NCBI GenBank assembly: GCA_910586955.1
Contig: CAJUMM010000003.1
Location: forward strand, 8,553-72,552
Origin: an uncultured Lachnospiraceae bacterium
Lineage (GTDB): Bacteria > Bacillota > Clostridia > Lachnospirales > Lachnospiraceae
Direction: 5' to 3'
Length of the DNA stretch: 64,000 nucleotides
Part shown: in pieces, positions 47,579-56,997 of the stretch
Layout of the letters: each line of letters starts with the position of its first letter
Position numbering within the stretch: the stretch's first letter is position 1
Program-made: the position numbers and the translations under genes
Notes under the pieces: model-generated
Database searches by the model: none
What the model was told of the DNA's origin: nothing
The model's input: only the letters and a program-made list of their open reading frames with translations

Positions 47579-48950
47579 AAAGTTCTCTGGTAATGTTTTT
47601 CAGCCACAGCTTCTTCCGGTAGCGCCAGGTGGTGATGGGCACCTTTACGATCTCGTCGGAGAGCAGCACCACAAAGACCGCCTTCACACCCCAGTGCAGC
47701 CAGAAGGCCGCCACAAAGCCCAGGGCAATGGAAAAGCACCACATGCCAATCACATCCACGAAAAAGCCGATGCGGGTATCTCCTCCGGCCCGGAATATCC
47801 CTACCACCATGGTGGTATTGTAGGACTGGAACACCGCATAATAACAGACTACAAACAGCATAAACCGCAGATATTCCTTGGCCTGGTCCGAGATGGTCAT
47901 GCTGTCTGCAATAAAGCCCCGGCAGAAAAACAATGCCAGCGCCGCAGCCAGGGTGATTCCCACGCTGAGCCACACAAACTTCCGGGCGTAGGCTTCCGCA
48001 ATCCTTAGCTTCTGCTCTCCGATGGCCTTGCCGATCATAATGGAAGTGGCCGCCGAGAGGCCGAAGCCAACCACCATAATGAGCTGCCGGGATACCTGGG
48101 CCACGGAATTGGCAGCCACCGCCGCACTTCCCAGATGGCCGATAATGGCCGCATTGGCCGACATTCCCAATCCCCACATCAGCTCATTGGCAACAACCGG
48201 AGCCGAAAAAACCAGGAAATCCCGCAAAAGCAGCTTGTCAAACCGGATAAAATCCTTAAGATGCAGGGAAACCGGATTGCCCTTCCAGTTTATGTAAATC
48301 ACCACAATCCCCAATTCCACAATCCGGGCAAAGAGGGTAGCATAGGCAGCTCCCCGAACGCCCAGGGCAGGAAACCCCAGAAGCCCGAAGATTAAGAGTG
48401 CGTTGCCGATGATATTGACTACCAGGGAAATAAAATAGGTCCAGGTAGCTACCACCACCCGCTCCACACTCCGCATGAGATTCAGGTAAATCATAGTAAA
48501 GGCCACCGGCACATAGGACCAGGATACAATGCGCAGATAGGAAATTCCTGCCTCAATCACCGGTTCCTCTTCCGTAAACACCAGCATCAGCTGCCGGGGT
48601 ATCACCTGGGCGGCCAGCAAAAACACAAAGCCGAGGCACAGGGCGAAAGACAGGGAAATGCCGAATACCCGCTCAATGGTCCGCACATCCCTCTTTCCCC
48701 AATACTGGGCCGTCAGCACCGACGCTCCCGAGGTGAGCCCGAAAAAAATCAGGTTCATAATAAACTGCACCTGGCCGGCCAGGGAGGCTCCTGACAGGGC
48801 TGTCTCTCCCACCTTGCCCAGCATCACCACGTCGGCAGTGGTCACGCCTACATTGATCAGATTCTGCAGTGCCATGGGAATTACAAGGGCTACTGCCATC
48901 CGGTAGAAGGCATGGTTTTCCGCTGCCGTCAATTTATTTTCATTTGTCAT
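47577..48950 (-). CDS. MATE family efflux transporter
   Basis: PMALQNLI...ADVVMLG, AQYWGK, GVRGAAYAT, FRAGGDT; ~12 TM segments. Confidence 0.93.
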   Translation of the reverse strand: MTNENKLTAAENHAFYRMAVALVIPMALQNLINVGVTTADVVMLGKVGETALSGASLAGQVQFIMNLIFFGLTSGASVLTAQYWGKRDVRTIERVFGISLSFALCLGFVFLLAAQVIPRQLMLVFTEEEPVIEAGISYLRIVSWSYVPVAFTMIYLNLMRSVERVVVATWTYFISLVVNIIGNALLIFGLLGFPALGVRGAAYATLFARIVELGIVVIYINWKGNPVSLHLKDFIRFDKLLLRDFLVFSAPVVANELMWGLGMSANAAIIGHLGSAAVAANSVAQVSRQLIMVVGFGLSAATSIMIGKAIGEQKLRIAEAYARKFVWLSVGITLAAALALFFCRGFIADSMTISDQAKEYLRFMLFVVCYYAVFQSYNTTMVVGIFRAGGDTRIGFFVDVIGMWCFSIALGFVAAFWLHWGVKAVFVVLLSDEIVKVPITTWRYRKKLWLKNITREL

Positions 48951-48967
48951 TGTTGTACTCCTAACAT

Positions 48968-49155
48968 GCCGCGCCGTTTGCGCTTTCTGCACTCCCAACG
49001 CTCAGCCGCGCCGTTCGCAAAACCGCGCCTTCGGCGCTCTCCGCTGCTTCGCAGCTCTTTTTTGCTCATTTCCGGCGCTCCCTCAGACCATGCGTCACTC
49101 GCCAAATTCATGCAAGCATGATTTGGCTCCTTCCTTTGGTCTGGCTGAGCTGTTT
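48968..49155. repeat. GC-rich multibranched structured intergenic element
   Basis: Closing gctcagcc/ggctgagc; internal cagacca/tggtctg, gccaaat..atttggc, gcgcc-ttc-ggcgc, gctgc-ttc-gcagc; direct repeat gccgcgccgttYgc at 48968 and 49005. Confidence 0.75.
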
Positions 49156-49157
49156 CC

Positions 49158-50600
49158 CTAGAATTTTTTCCTCCACACCTGGGGCGCAAAGAGCATCAGC
49201 ATAGGCAGGATCTCCAGGCGGCCTACCAGCATATCCATGCTTAGGATGATCTTGGAGAAATAGGAAAACTGCGAAAAGTTCTCAATAGGGCCTACTTTGG
49301 CAAGTCCCGGCCCCACATTATTCAGAGTGGTAAGAACCGCAGTAAAATTCGTCGTAAAGTCAAAGTTATCCACCGTCACCAGCAGGATGGATCCCGCCAG
49401 AATCACCAGGTAGCAGATTACATACACGTAAACCCCGTGGGTACTCTCGTCGCTGACCCGCTTTCCGTCCAGCTTTACCACATTTACAGACTTGGGATGA
49501 AGAATCTGCCGGATCTCTTTTCCGATAGTTTTGGCCAGGATCAGAATCCGGGATACCTTCATGCCGCCCCCTGTGGATCCGGCGCAGGCGCCGATGATCA
49601 TCAGCAGCAGCAAAATCCCCTTGGAAAATTCCGGCCACAGCTCATAGTTGGCCGTCACAAAGCCCGTAGTGGTAATTACCGAGGACACCTGGAAGGAGGC
49701 ATAGCGCAGGGCCCTCAGAGGCGACCCGTAAATATGCAGGATATTGATGGTAATCAGAGCCACGGCTCCGGCTACAATCCCCAGATAAGCCCGCAGTTCC
49801 TCGTTTTTAAATACAAATTTAAAATTTCTTAAAAGCAATAGAAAATAGAGGTTAAAGTTTACGCCGAACAGCAGCATAAACACCGTAATCACACCGTCAA
49901 TGTAGGCGCTGTCAAAAGCCGCCACGCTGGCGTTCATGCTGGAAAATCCGCCGGTTCCCGCCGTACTGAAGGTGTGGATCACCGCATTGTACAGATCCAT
50001 GCCGCCAAACAGCAGCAAGACTACTTCCACCGCCGACAGGGCCAGATACATGCAGTAGAGAATTTTAGCCGTAGACCGGGCCTTGGGCACCAGCTTATCG
50101 CAGGTGGGACCAGGCATCTCCGCCCGCATGAGGAACATGGAACCTTTGCCGCTTAAGGGAACCACAGCCATCACGAAAACCAGCACCCCCATGCCGCCCA
50201 CCCAGTGGGTCAGGCAGCGCCAGAAATTCACGCCTTTTGGCAGAGCCTCAATATCCGTCAGGATCGTAGAGCCTGTAGTGGTAAATCCGAATACCGTTTC
50301 AAAAAAAGCATCCACAAAATGAGGAATCGACTCGGATAAAACAAAGGGCAGGGCCCCAAATGCAGACCAGAAAATCCACGCCAGGGCCACCACAATAAAG
50401 CCCTCCTTGGCATAAATAACCATATCCTTCGGTTTTCTTCCCAAAACCAGGGACGTAACCAGCAAAAGAACCGCCACCGTCACAAACCAGATTCCGCTTC
50501 TCTCCTGGTAAAGCAGGGATACCAAAGCCGGAAGCAGCATCAGGATCCCCTCTATCAGAAGCATTTTCCCCAGGATAAACCGTATCATACTGTAATTCAT
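49158..50600 (-). CDS. trkH: Trk potassium uptake membrane protein
   Basis: FFETVFGFTTTGST, GGMGV, TAGTGGFS, TTTGF, GSTGGGMK, NNVGPG, GRLEI. Confidence 0.95.
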   Translation of the reverse strand: MNYSMIRFILGKMLLIEGILMLLPALVSLLYQERSGIWFVTVAVLLLVTSLVLGRKPKDMVIYAKEGFIVVALAWIFWSAFGALPFVLSESIPHFVDAFFETVFGFTTTGSTILTDIEALPKGVNFWRCLTHWVGGMGVLVFVMAVVPLSGKGSMFLMRAEMPGPTCDKLVPKARSTAKILYCMYLALSAVEVVLLLFGGMDLYNAVIHTFSTAGTGGFSSMNASVAAFDSAYIDGVITVFMLLFGVNFNLYFLLLLRNFKFVFKNEELRAYLGIVAGAVALITINILHIYGSPLRALRYASFQVSSVITTTGFVTANYELWPEFSKGILLLLMIIGACAGSTGGGMKVSRILILAKTIGKEIRQILHPKSVNVVKLDGKRVSDESTHGVYVYVICYLVILAGSILLVTVDNFDFTTNFTAVLTTLNNVGPGLAKVGPIENFSQFSYFSKIILSMDMLVGRLEILPMLMLFAPQVWRKKF

Positions 50601-50614
50601 TACTCCACCCTCAG

Positions 50615-51973
50615 CTAACGCAGTATTTCTTTCAGATCCTCCAAGCCCTGGCTCATGCTGACCACCAGCACGCTGTCGCCTACCTCCAGGGTATCATTTC
50701 CTCCGGGAATAATAATCTGTCTCTTGCGGACAATACAGGCCACCAGATGGTTTTCCTTGATGGTCAGATCTTTCAGGGGAATTCCCGTATAATTGGTAGC
50801 TTCCCGGATCAGGAACTCCAGGGCTTCGATGCGGCCGTTGATCAGCTGGTAGACCGTCTCTACATTGGCGCTGCCCATGGAATTTTTCATGGCGCGCACA
50901 TAGCTCATAATCACGTTTGTAGTCACATTTTTTGCAGAAACCGTACTTTCTATCCCCAGTTCGTCCACCAGATGCTGGAGGGCATCCTCATTGACCTTTG
51001 TGATAATCTTAGACACATTTTTGGTCTTGGCATACATGGACATAATGATATTCTCTTCGTCAATTCCCGTCAGGCTCACAAAGGCATCCGCATTGCCGAT
51101 ACCCTCCTCCTCTAAAAGCTCATGGTCTGTGGCGTTCCCATGGATAATGGTGGCCTTGGGCAGCAGCTCGCAGAGCTCCATACAGCGCTCCTTGCTCTGC
51201 TCAATGATCTTTACCTGCATTCCCAGGGTCAGAAGCTGCCTGGAAAGGTAATAAGCCACCCGTCCGCCGCCGCAGATCAGCACTGTGCGCACCTTATTTC
51301 TCTTTGCTCCCACAAATTTGAAGAACTTCTCGATCTCCTTGTGGGAGGCTGCAATGTTGATCTTATCCCCCCGCCGGGTCACAAAGCTGCCGTCGGGAAT
51401 ATAGACATCGCTTCCTCTCTGGACGGCGCAGATCAGCATTTTAATCTGGTATTTCCGGTAAAGCTCCATCAGGGAAATACCGTCCATAGGGCTCTGCTCC
51501 CCGATGGTCACCTCTACAAGTTCCACCCGCCCTTTGGCAAAGGTCTCAATCTTGGCCGCAGAGGGAAAAATCAGTACACGGGAAATCTCCCCGGCAAGAA
51601 CCAGCTCCGGATTTACCGCCATACTCAGTTTTAAATCTTCCTTAAACAGGTGCATCTGCTGGAAATACACAGGGTTCCGCACCCGGGCGATGGTCTGCTT
51701 GGCCCCCAGCCGCTTGGCCAGAAGGCAGCAGAGCATATTCAGTTCATCCGTAGAAGCACAGGCGATCACCAGATCCGCACCCGGCACGTCCGCCTCCTTC
51801 TGCACCTGGGCATTGGCGCCGTCTCCCACCACGCAGGACACATCCAGTTCATTGACCGCATCCCGCATTTTGCGCTCACTCTGATCAATCAGTGCTACGT
51901 TGTATTTCTCATCGGACAGCTGCTTTGCCAGTTTATGGCCCACTTTGCCGTCCCCGATAATCACGATATTCAT
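50615..51973 (-). CDS. trkA: Trk potassium uptake RCK subunit (two RCK domains)
   Basis: IIGDGKVG and ICGGGRVA Rossmann motifs; adjacent to trkH. Confidence 0.95.
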   Translation of the reverse strand: MNIVIIGDGKVGHKLAKQLSDEKYNVALIDQSERKMRDAVNELDVSCVVGDGANAQVQKEADVPGADLVIACASTDELNMLCCLLAKRLGAKQTIARVRNPVYFQQMHLFKEDLKLSMAVNPELVLAGEISRVLIFPSAAKIETFAKGRVELVEVTIGEQSPMDGISLMELYRKYQIKMLICAVQRGSDVYIPDGSFVTRRGDKINIAASHKEIEKFFKFVGAKRNKVRTVLICGGGRVAYYLSRQLLTLGMQVKIIEQSKERCMELCELLPKATIIHGNATDHELLEEEGIGNADAFVSLTGIDEENIIMSMYAKTKNVSKIITKVNEDALQHLVDELGIESTVSAKNVTTNVIMSYVRAMKNSMGSANVETVYQLINGRIEALEFLIREATNYTGIPLKDLTIKENHLVACIVRKRQIIIPGGNDTLEVGDSVLVVSMSQGLEDLKEILR

Positions 51974-51994
51974 GTTCTTCTCCCCCTAGAAACC

Positions 51995-52450
51995 CTACCG
52001 GAACCGGTCTACCTCGAAATGTTCCATGGTTTTCAGGCAGTTCAAAATCTGCCGGTATTTATCCTGTGCACTGCCCGAAGACAGCCCGATATCCAGAGAG
52101 GCCGCAATGCTCTCCATGAGATTTTCATCCTCATACCCCTGCCAGGCCTGAAACAGCTCCAGCTTATCCCGCATAGTCCTTGCGTCCAGAAACCGCAGCA
52201 GCATGGGATTCGCCTCCGTAGGCGGTTCTTCCTTCTCAAACCGGTACTTCTGTACCGCATCCGGGTATTTTTTCCGGTCCACCTCTCCCACAAACTCCTC
52301 GTAAGGGCGGACCCAGATTTCCTCGTCTCCGTACATAGCCTGGTACACCACCATTTTCTCATCCGTTCCGGAATGTCTCGCAACCGCGATTACCTGATAC
52401 ACACTGCCTTTAAAATGCCGGTAATACTCTCCTTGTTTTACCTCTCTCAC
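51995..52450 (-). CDS. DUF1653 domain protein
   Basis: YRHFKG, ARHSGT..MVVYQAMYG..WVRP..F..EVD..KYP...QKYRF. Confidence 0.88.
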   Translation of the reverse strand: MREVKQGEYYRHFKGSVYQVIAVARHSGTDEKMVVYQAMYGDEEIWVRPYEEFVGEVDRKKYPDAVQKYRFEKEEPPTEANPMLLRFLDARTMRDKLELFQAWQGYEDENLMESIAASLDIGLSSGSAQDKYRQILNCLKTMEHFEVDRFR

Positions 52451-52472
52451 GGAAACCCTTCTTTCTATTATA

Positions 52473-52675
52473 AGTTCCGCATCCGCCCTCCCTGCGCACT
52501 TCCATTAGAAGCATTCACGGCCGCTTTCGCGTCCGCTCATCCTTCTGGGCGCACTTCGGGCTCCTGCTGGTTTTAGTTCCGCATCCGCCCTCCCTGCGCA
52601 CCTCCACTAGAAGTATTCACGGCCGCTTTCGCGTCCGCTCATCCTTCTGGGCGCACTTCGGGCTCCTGCTGTTTT
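52473..52675. repeat. Tandem doublet of a ~102 bp palindromic element (family A, locus 2)
   Basis: Units start agttccgca at 52473 and 52575, end cctgctgKttt, and share tagaag..cggccgc..gcgtccg..atccttctggg with locus 1. Confidence 0.92.
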
Positions 52676-52727
52676 CCCAATACAAGCTAGTGTACCACAT
52701 TTAGAAGAAAAAGAAAAGCCCTGCTAT

Positions 52728-53867
52728 TCAGCCTTTCCCTTCCAGCCTCTTATATACCCATTCCCGGACCAATGCGTAGATCACGGAAGCCAGAGGAATA
52801 AAGACCAGCATTCCCACGATTCCCATTAAACTGCCGCCTACGGTCACTGCAGCCAGCACCCAGATGGAGGGCAGGCCTACGGAATTTCCCACTACGTGGG
52901 GATAAATGAGATTTCCCTCCAGCTGCTGGAGTACGAAAAACAGTATCACAAAGCCCAGGGCCTGCATGGGATTTACCATCAGGATCAGAAAGGCTCCCAC
53001 CACGCAGCCGATAAATGCACCGAACACCGGGATCAGGGCCGTAAAGGCTACCAGGATTCCCACCAGCAGCGCATAGGGAAATCTAAGAATGCTCATGGAT
53101 ACAAAAAACATAACTCCCAGGATTACCGCCTCCAGGCACTGGCCGGTGATAAAACTGGAAAAGGTGCGGTGGCTTAAGGAACATACATGCAGAATATATT
53201 CTACTTTTTTTGCAGGAAGGATCGCCCGCAAAAGCTTTTCCCCCTGGGCGCCCAGCCTCTCCTTTTGGAGCAGAATGTAAAAGGAAAATACAAGGGCAAT
53301 AAAGAAGGTGGTGACTGCGCTTATGATTGTCTTGGCCACAGTTACCGTGGAGGACAGGACGCTCCCGGCTCCGTTCCGGAAAAAGGAAAGGGCGGTCTCT
53401 ATCATTTTCTCCCAGTTCAGCTCAATGGTCTCCAGCCAGGCGGTAATCTGCTGGTTATCATCAAAAAGCTCTTCCAGCCATACCTGGGCCTTGGGCAGAA
53501 AGGCTTCCACCGTGCTGCCAAGACTGCCAAAGGTTGCGCTCAGCTCCGGTACTACAACAAAGATCACCACGGCAATCACCGCACATACCAGAACCAGCGC
53601 CCCGGCCAGGCTCAAGGGACGGGCCAGCTTGCCCTGGAGTTTATGCCCCGGCAGATCCTTCTTGGGGAACCATTTCTTTTCCAGCGCCGACATAGGCACA
53701 TTCAAGACAAAGGCCATAGCGCCGCCCAGGGCGAAAGGCCAGCAGATATTCCACAGAAAACCTACGGCTCCCAGTACCACGTCCAGTCTCTGTACGCCTA
53801 CCAGAAGCAGAACCGTAAAGGTAATCAGCAGCATCAGTTTCTTCATATTTTCTTGATTCAAATTCAT
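52728..53867 (-). CDS. AI-2E family transporter
   Basis: FITGQCLEAVILG, ALIPVFGAFIG, QQLEGNLIYPHVVG..VGLP. Confidence 0.92.
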   Translation of the reverse strand: MNLNQENMKKLMLLITFTVLLLVGVQRLDVVLGAVGFLWNICWPFALGGAMAFVLNVPMSALEKKWFPKKDLPGHKLQGKLARPLSLAGALVLVCAVIAVVIFVVVPELSATFGSLGSTVEAFLPKAQVWLEELFDDNQQITAWLETIELNWEKMIETALSFFRNGAGSVLSSTVTVAKTIISAVTTFFIALVFSFYILLQKERLGAQGEKLLRAILPAKKVEYILHVCSLSHRTFSSFITGQCLEAVILGVMFFVSMSILRFPYALLVGILVAFTALIPVFGAFIGCVVGAFLILMVNPMQALGFVILFFVLQQLEGNLIYPHVVGNSVGLPSIWVLAAVTVGGSLMGIVGMLVFIPLASVIYALVREWVYKRLEGKG

Positions 53868-53950
53868 AGTCCTCTCTCCTTATTGCAACTATTATACGCC
53901 AGGAGCCCTAAAAGAACAATATTGTTTTCCTTGTATTTTTATTGTAACTA

Positions 53951-53979
53951 TTGACATTACATCAAAACCGTGATATAGT
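53951..53979 (+). promoter_or_regulatory. sigmaA promoter of the macrodomain gene
   Basis: TTGACA-N17-TATAGT with extended TG. Confidence 0.8.
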
Positions 53980-54043
53980 ACCAGAGACAGCCGGAACTCC
54001 AGGAGCCATGACGAATTTCGAAAAATAAAGGATGGTACTGCAA

Positions 54044-54868
54044 ATGAAAATCTTAACTCACACCGATTTGCTCTTAGAAAAATTAAAAGAAGACTCCCTT
54101 CCGTACAAGGACCTGGAAACCGCCGGATACACCCTGGCAGAAAAGAAACAGGCCATCCGTTCCCTGATGAATATCCGTATGCCCAAAGACCTTTCCCCCG
54201 AGCTTCTCCGTCTCCAGGATGCCTATCTCCGGGAAGAGCTGGCAGCAAAAGGCACCGTATCCCTGGCGGACATTCCCACCATCCGGGAATCCGGCAGCGA
54301 CTCCCCCTTCGGAGACAAAATCTCCCTCTGGCAGGGGGACATTACCAGACTGAAAACGGGCGCCATCGTAAACGCCGCCAACTCCCGGCTTTTGGGATGC
54401 TTTATTCCCTGCCACAGATGCGTTGACAATGCCATTCACAGCGGGGCGGGTATGGAGCTCAGGGAAGAATGCAGCCGCATCATGGACCGCCGGCGGGCGG
54501 AATACGGCGGGAATTACCAGGAGCCCACAGGCACAGCCACCCTCACCCGGGCTTACAATCTGCCCTGTGACTATGTGATCCATACGGTGGGTCCCATTGT
54601 CCCCGGCAGGCTCACCGATGCCCTCTGCCGGGATCTGCAGAACTGCTATGAAAGCGTCCTGGACTGCTGCATGGAACACGGCATCCGCTCCGTAGCTTTT
54701 TGCTGCATTTCTACAGGGGAATTTCATTTTCCAAGAGAGCGGGCCGCAGAAATTGCCTGGAATACCGTAACGGACTTCCTGGCGGTACATGGGGCTTCCA
54801 TGGAGCGGATTATTTTCAATGTGTTCCAGGATGCAGATAGAAAATCCTATGAAAAAATGTATGCCTGA
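54044..54868 (+). CDS. Zn-loop macrodomain protein-ADP-ribose hydrolase
   Basis: RSLMNIRMP, WQGDIT, IVNAANSRLLGCFIPCHRCVDNAIH, VIHTVGP, FCCISTGEFHFP. Confidence 0.9.
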   Translation: MKILTHTDLLLEKLKEDSLPYKDLETAGYTLAEKKQAIRSLMNIRMPKDLSPELLRLQDAYLREELAAKGTVSLADIPTIRESGSDSPFGDKISLWQGDITRLKTGAIVNAANSRLLGCFIPCHRCVDNAIHSGAGMELREECSRIMDRRRAEYGGNYQEPTGTATLTRAYNLPCDYVIHTVGPIVPGRLTDALCRDLQNCYESVLDCCMEHGIRSVAFCCISTGEFHFPRERAAEIAWNTVTDFLAVHGASMERIIFNVFQDADRKSYEKMYA

Positions 54869-54876
54869 CTCCTTTC

Positions 54877-55788
54877 CTAAGCCAGAATCAGACACCAGAG
54901 AGGAATAGTCACCATAGAAAATACCGTAGACAGCACCACGCACTTGGTAGCCAGTACCGCGTCGCAGCCGTATTTCTCAGCCAGAACCGCCGTGGTGCTG
55001 CCGGCAGGCATACCGGTAAGAGTGACAATCACCCCCCGGACCGTGCCGCCTAACCCTGCAGCCCTGCACAGAAGCAGTGCAAGAAACGGCAGCAGAAGCA
55101 GGCGGAAGGCCGAATAGTACAGAGCCTTCTTATCCGCCACGCTTCTTAAGGGGACTGATGCCAGAATGGTGCCCACAAGAGCCATGGACAGGAACGTATT
55201 TGCCCCTGCCACATTCCGGATAGTCATGGAGATTATTTCCGGAAGCTTCACCGGAAGGAACAGGAGCAAAAGCCCCAGGACCGCTGCCAGAATGCAGGGA
55301 TGGGTGCAGGTCTTCTTAAGAAAGGCTTTCCCCCCTGTCACTTTGGTAAAGCACATAAGCCCCAGGGACCACATATAAAGCCGGAGGGGAACCGCATAAA
55401 TAGAGGCGTACATAAGCCCTTCACTTCCAAAAATCCCCTCTGCCACCGGATTGCCCAGGATCCCCGCATTGGAGACAACCGAGGCATACTCCATAATCCG
55501 GCGCTCCGAAAGAGGCAGAAAGCGAAACGCCGCCTTTCCTGCCAGGAAGGAAATAAATAGAATCAGGATTGTGATCAGAAAAATCTTCCCGCAGGTCTCA
55601 AGAAGCTCCCCTGTCAGCTCTATCTGAAAGGATTTGAGAATGCTGCAGGGCAGGGTCACAAAGAGTACCAAGTCCGTAAGAAGCCTCTCCCCTTCCTCCG
55701 TAATCATATGGATTTTCCGCAGCAGGAAACCCAGGAGCATGATTAGAAACAGCATGCCCTGGGTGTTGTACATTCCCGAAAAGCTCAT
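54877..55788 (-). CDS. AEC (auxin efflux carrier/malate permease) family transporter
   Basis: VTLPCSI, SNAGILGNPV, MPAGSTT..LAEKYG, STVFSMVTIP. Confidence 0.88.
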   Translation of the reverse strand: MSFSGMYNTQGMLFLIMLLGFLLRKIHMITEEGERLLTDLVLFVTLPCSILKSFQIELTGELLETCGKIFLITILILFISFLAGKAAFRFLPLSERRIMEYASVVSNAGILGNPVAEGIFGSEGLMYASIYAVPLRLYMWSLGLMCFTKVTGGKAFLKKTCTHPCILAAVLGLLLLFLPVKLPEIISMTIRNVAGANTFLSMALVGTILASVPLRSVADKKALYYSAFRLLLLPFLALLLCRAAGLGGTVRGVIVTLTGMPAGSTTAVLAEKYGCDAVLATKCVVLSTVFSMVTIPLWCLILA

Positions 55789-55809
55789 GTCCAGCCCCTG
55801 TCTGCCCTT

Positions 55810-56982
55810 TTACTGGGCCAGTTTATATACCTCCATGACCATATCCGCATCAAAGGCCGAATAGGCCCCGGCCTTTCCGGTCCCGGAAATCTTCATGGCG
55901 TTTGCCGCACAGGTTCCTAAGTCTTCCGCCTGGATCCCGATATCCTTAAGCCTGGTAGGCAAGCCCATGCGCTTCTGCCAGTCTTCCAGGCTGCGCAGGC
56001 CCTCCATCACCGTATCCTCCTGGCTGTCATACAGATGGGCCCCCATACAGTTTACGGCCCAGCGGACAAATTTCGTCGGATTCTTTTTCCAGGCATATTT
56101 TACCCAGGCGTCCGTGATAATGGAAAGAATCTCCCCATGGGTGCGCTTGAAGGTAACGGTAACGGGATTCTCCATGTGATGGCACACCCAGTCTCCCATC
56201 TCCCCGGCCGCCGGCTTGGTATTGGACATGGCCATAATAGCCGCCAGGTTTAAGTTGGCACGGGCGTCATAGTCCGTAGGATTCTCAATGGCCTTAAGCC
56301 CCTCTTTCAGGACTGCTTTCACAATTCCCTCAAAGTATCCTTCCATAATCTCGTTTCCGTTGATGGGGGCGAAATACACCTCCCAGCAGTGGGAAAGAAT
56401 GTCCATAGCCCCGCAGGCCGTCATTTTCGGCGGCAGGGTATATGCAAATTCCGGATTGATAATGGCAAAGTCAAAGAAAAATCCCAGGTTATACAGTCCC
56501 ACCTTCTCAGGCACCTCTAAGCTGTCGTCCACCACCATGGCGCAAAGAGACTGCTCGCTTCCGGTTCCTCCAAGGGTAGATACCACCCCGTGGGGAATCA
56601 CCGGATAGGGCGTGAAAATATCCCGGTTTACAAACAGGCTCTCCTCCATATTTGCCTGGACTGCAATGAATTTTGCCGTATCCATCACGGAGCCGCCGCC
56701 TACCGCAAGGATAAAATCTACCGGTTTTTCCTTCACGGTCCGGATCCCCTCTTTGCAGTAGCTAAGCTTGGGATTGGGCTTCACATCTCCCATCTCATAG
56801 TAGGAAATGCCGTTCTCCTCCAGGGATGCCCGGATATCCGCCAGGATATTTTTCAGATAATCCCCGCTGTCATGGACAATCAGGCATTTATCGCCGTATT
56901 TCTTTATCTCTGCCCCCACGGTTTTGTGGGTGTCTTTTCCGAAAATTACATTTGTTTTCTGTGAATCAAAAAAATTATTCAT
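55810..56982 (-). CDS. Iron-containing alcohol dehydrogenase (BDH-like)
   Basis: VKPNP, AVGGGSVMDTAK, GTGSE, DILSHCWE, CHHME, THG. Confidence 0.9.
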   Translation of the reverse strand: MNNFFDSQKTNVIFGKDTHKTVGAEIKKYGDKCLIVHDSGDYLKNILADIRASLEENGISYYEMGDVKPNPKLSYCKEGIRTVKEKPVDFILAVGGGSVMDTAKFIAVQANMEESLFVNRDIFTPYPVIPHGVVSTLGGTGSEQSLCAMVVDDSLEVPEKVGLYNLGFFFDFAIINPEFAYTLPPKMTACGAMDILSHCWEVYFAPINGNEIMEGYFEGIVKAVLKEGLKAIENPTDYDARANLNLAAIMAMSNTKPAAGEMGDWVCHHMENPVTVTFKRTHGEILSIITDAWVKYAWKKNPTKFVRWAVNCMGAHLYDSQEDTVMEGLRSLEDWQKRMGLPTRLKDIGIQAEDLGTCAANAMKISGTGKAGAYSAFDADMVMEVYKLAQ

Positions 56983-56997
56983 ACTATTTCCTCCCGC

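Noticed and set aside
47467..48177. 236-aa alternative-frame ORF overlapping MATE and the repeat
   Set aside because: It is an out-of-frame shadow of the MATE gene with no motifs or RBS.
47363..52675. CRISPR array interpretation of the tandem repeats (also 15191-15318)
   Set aside because: Units are 51-111 bp and duplicated along their full length, with no unique spacers. No cas genes are in the window.
52473..52700. c-di-AMP (ydaO) riboswitch upstream of trkAH
   Set aside because: The gene context fits, but the characteristic GCTGAATC/GGGG..CCC..AGCTAAC elements are not visible.
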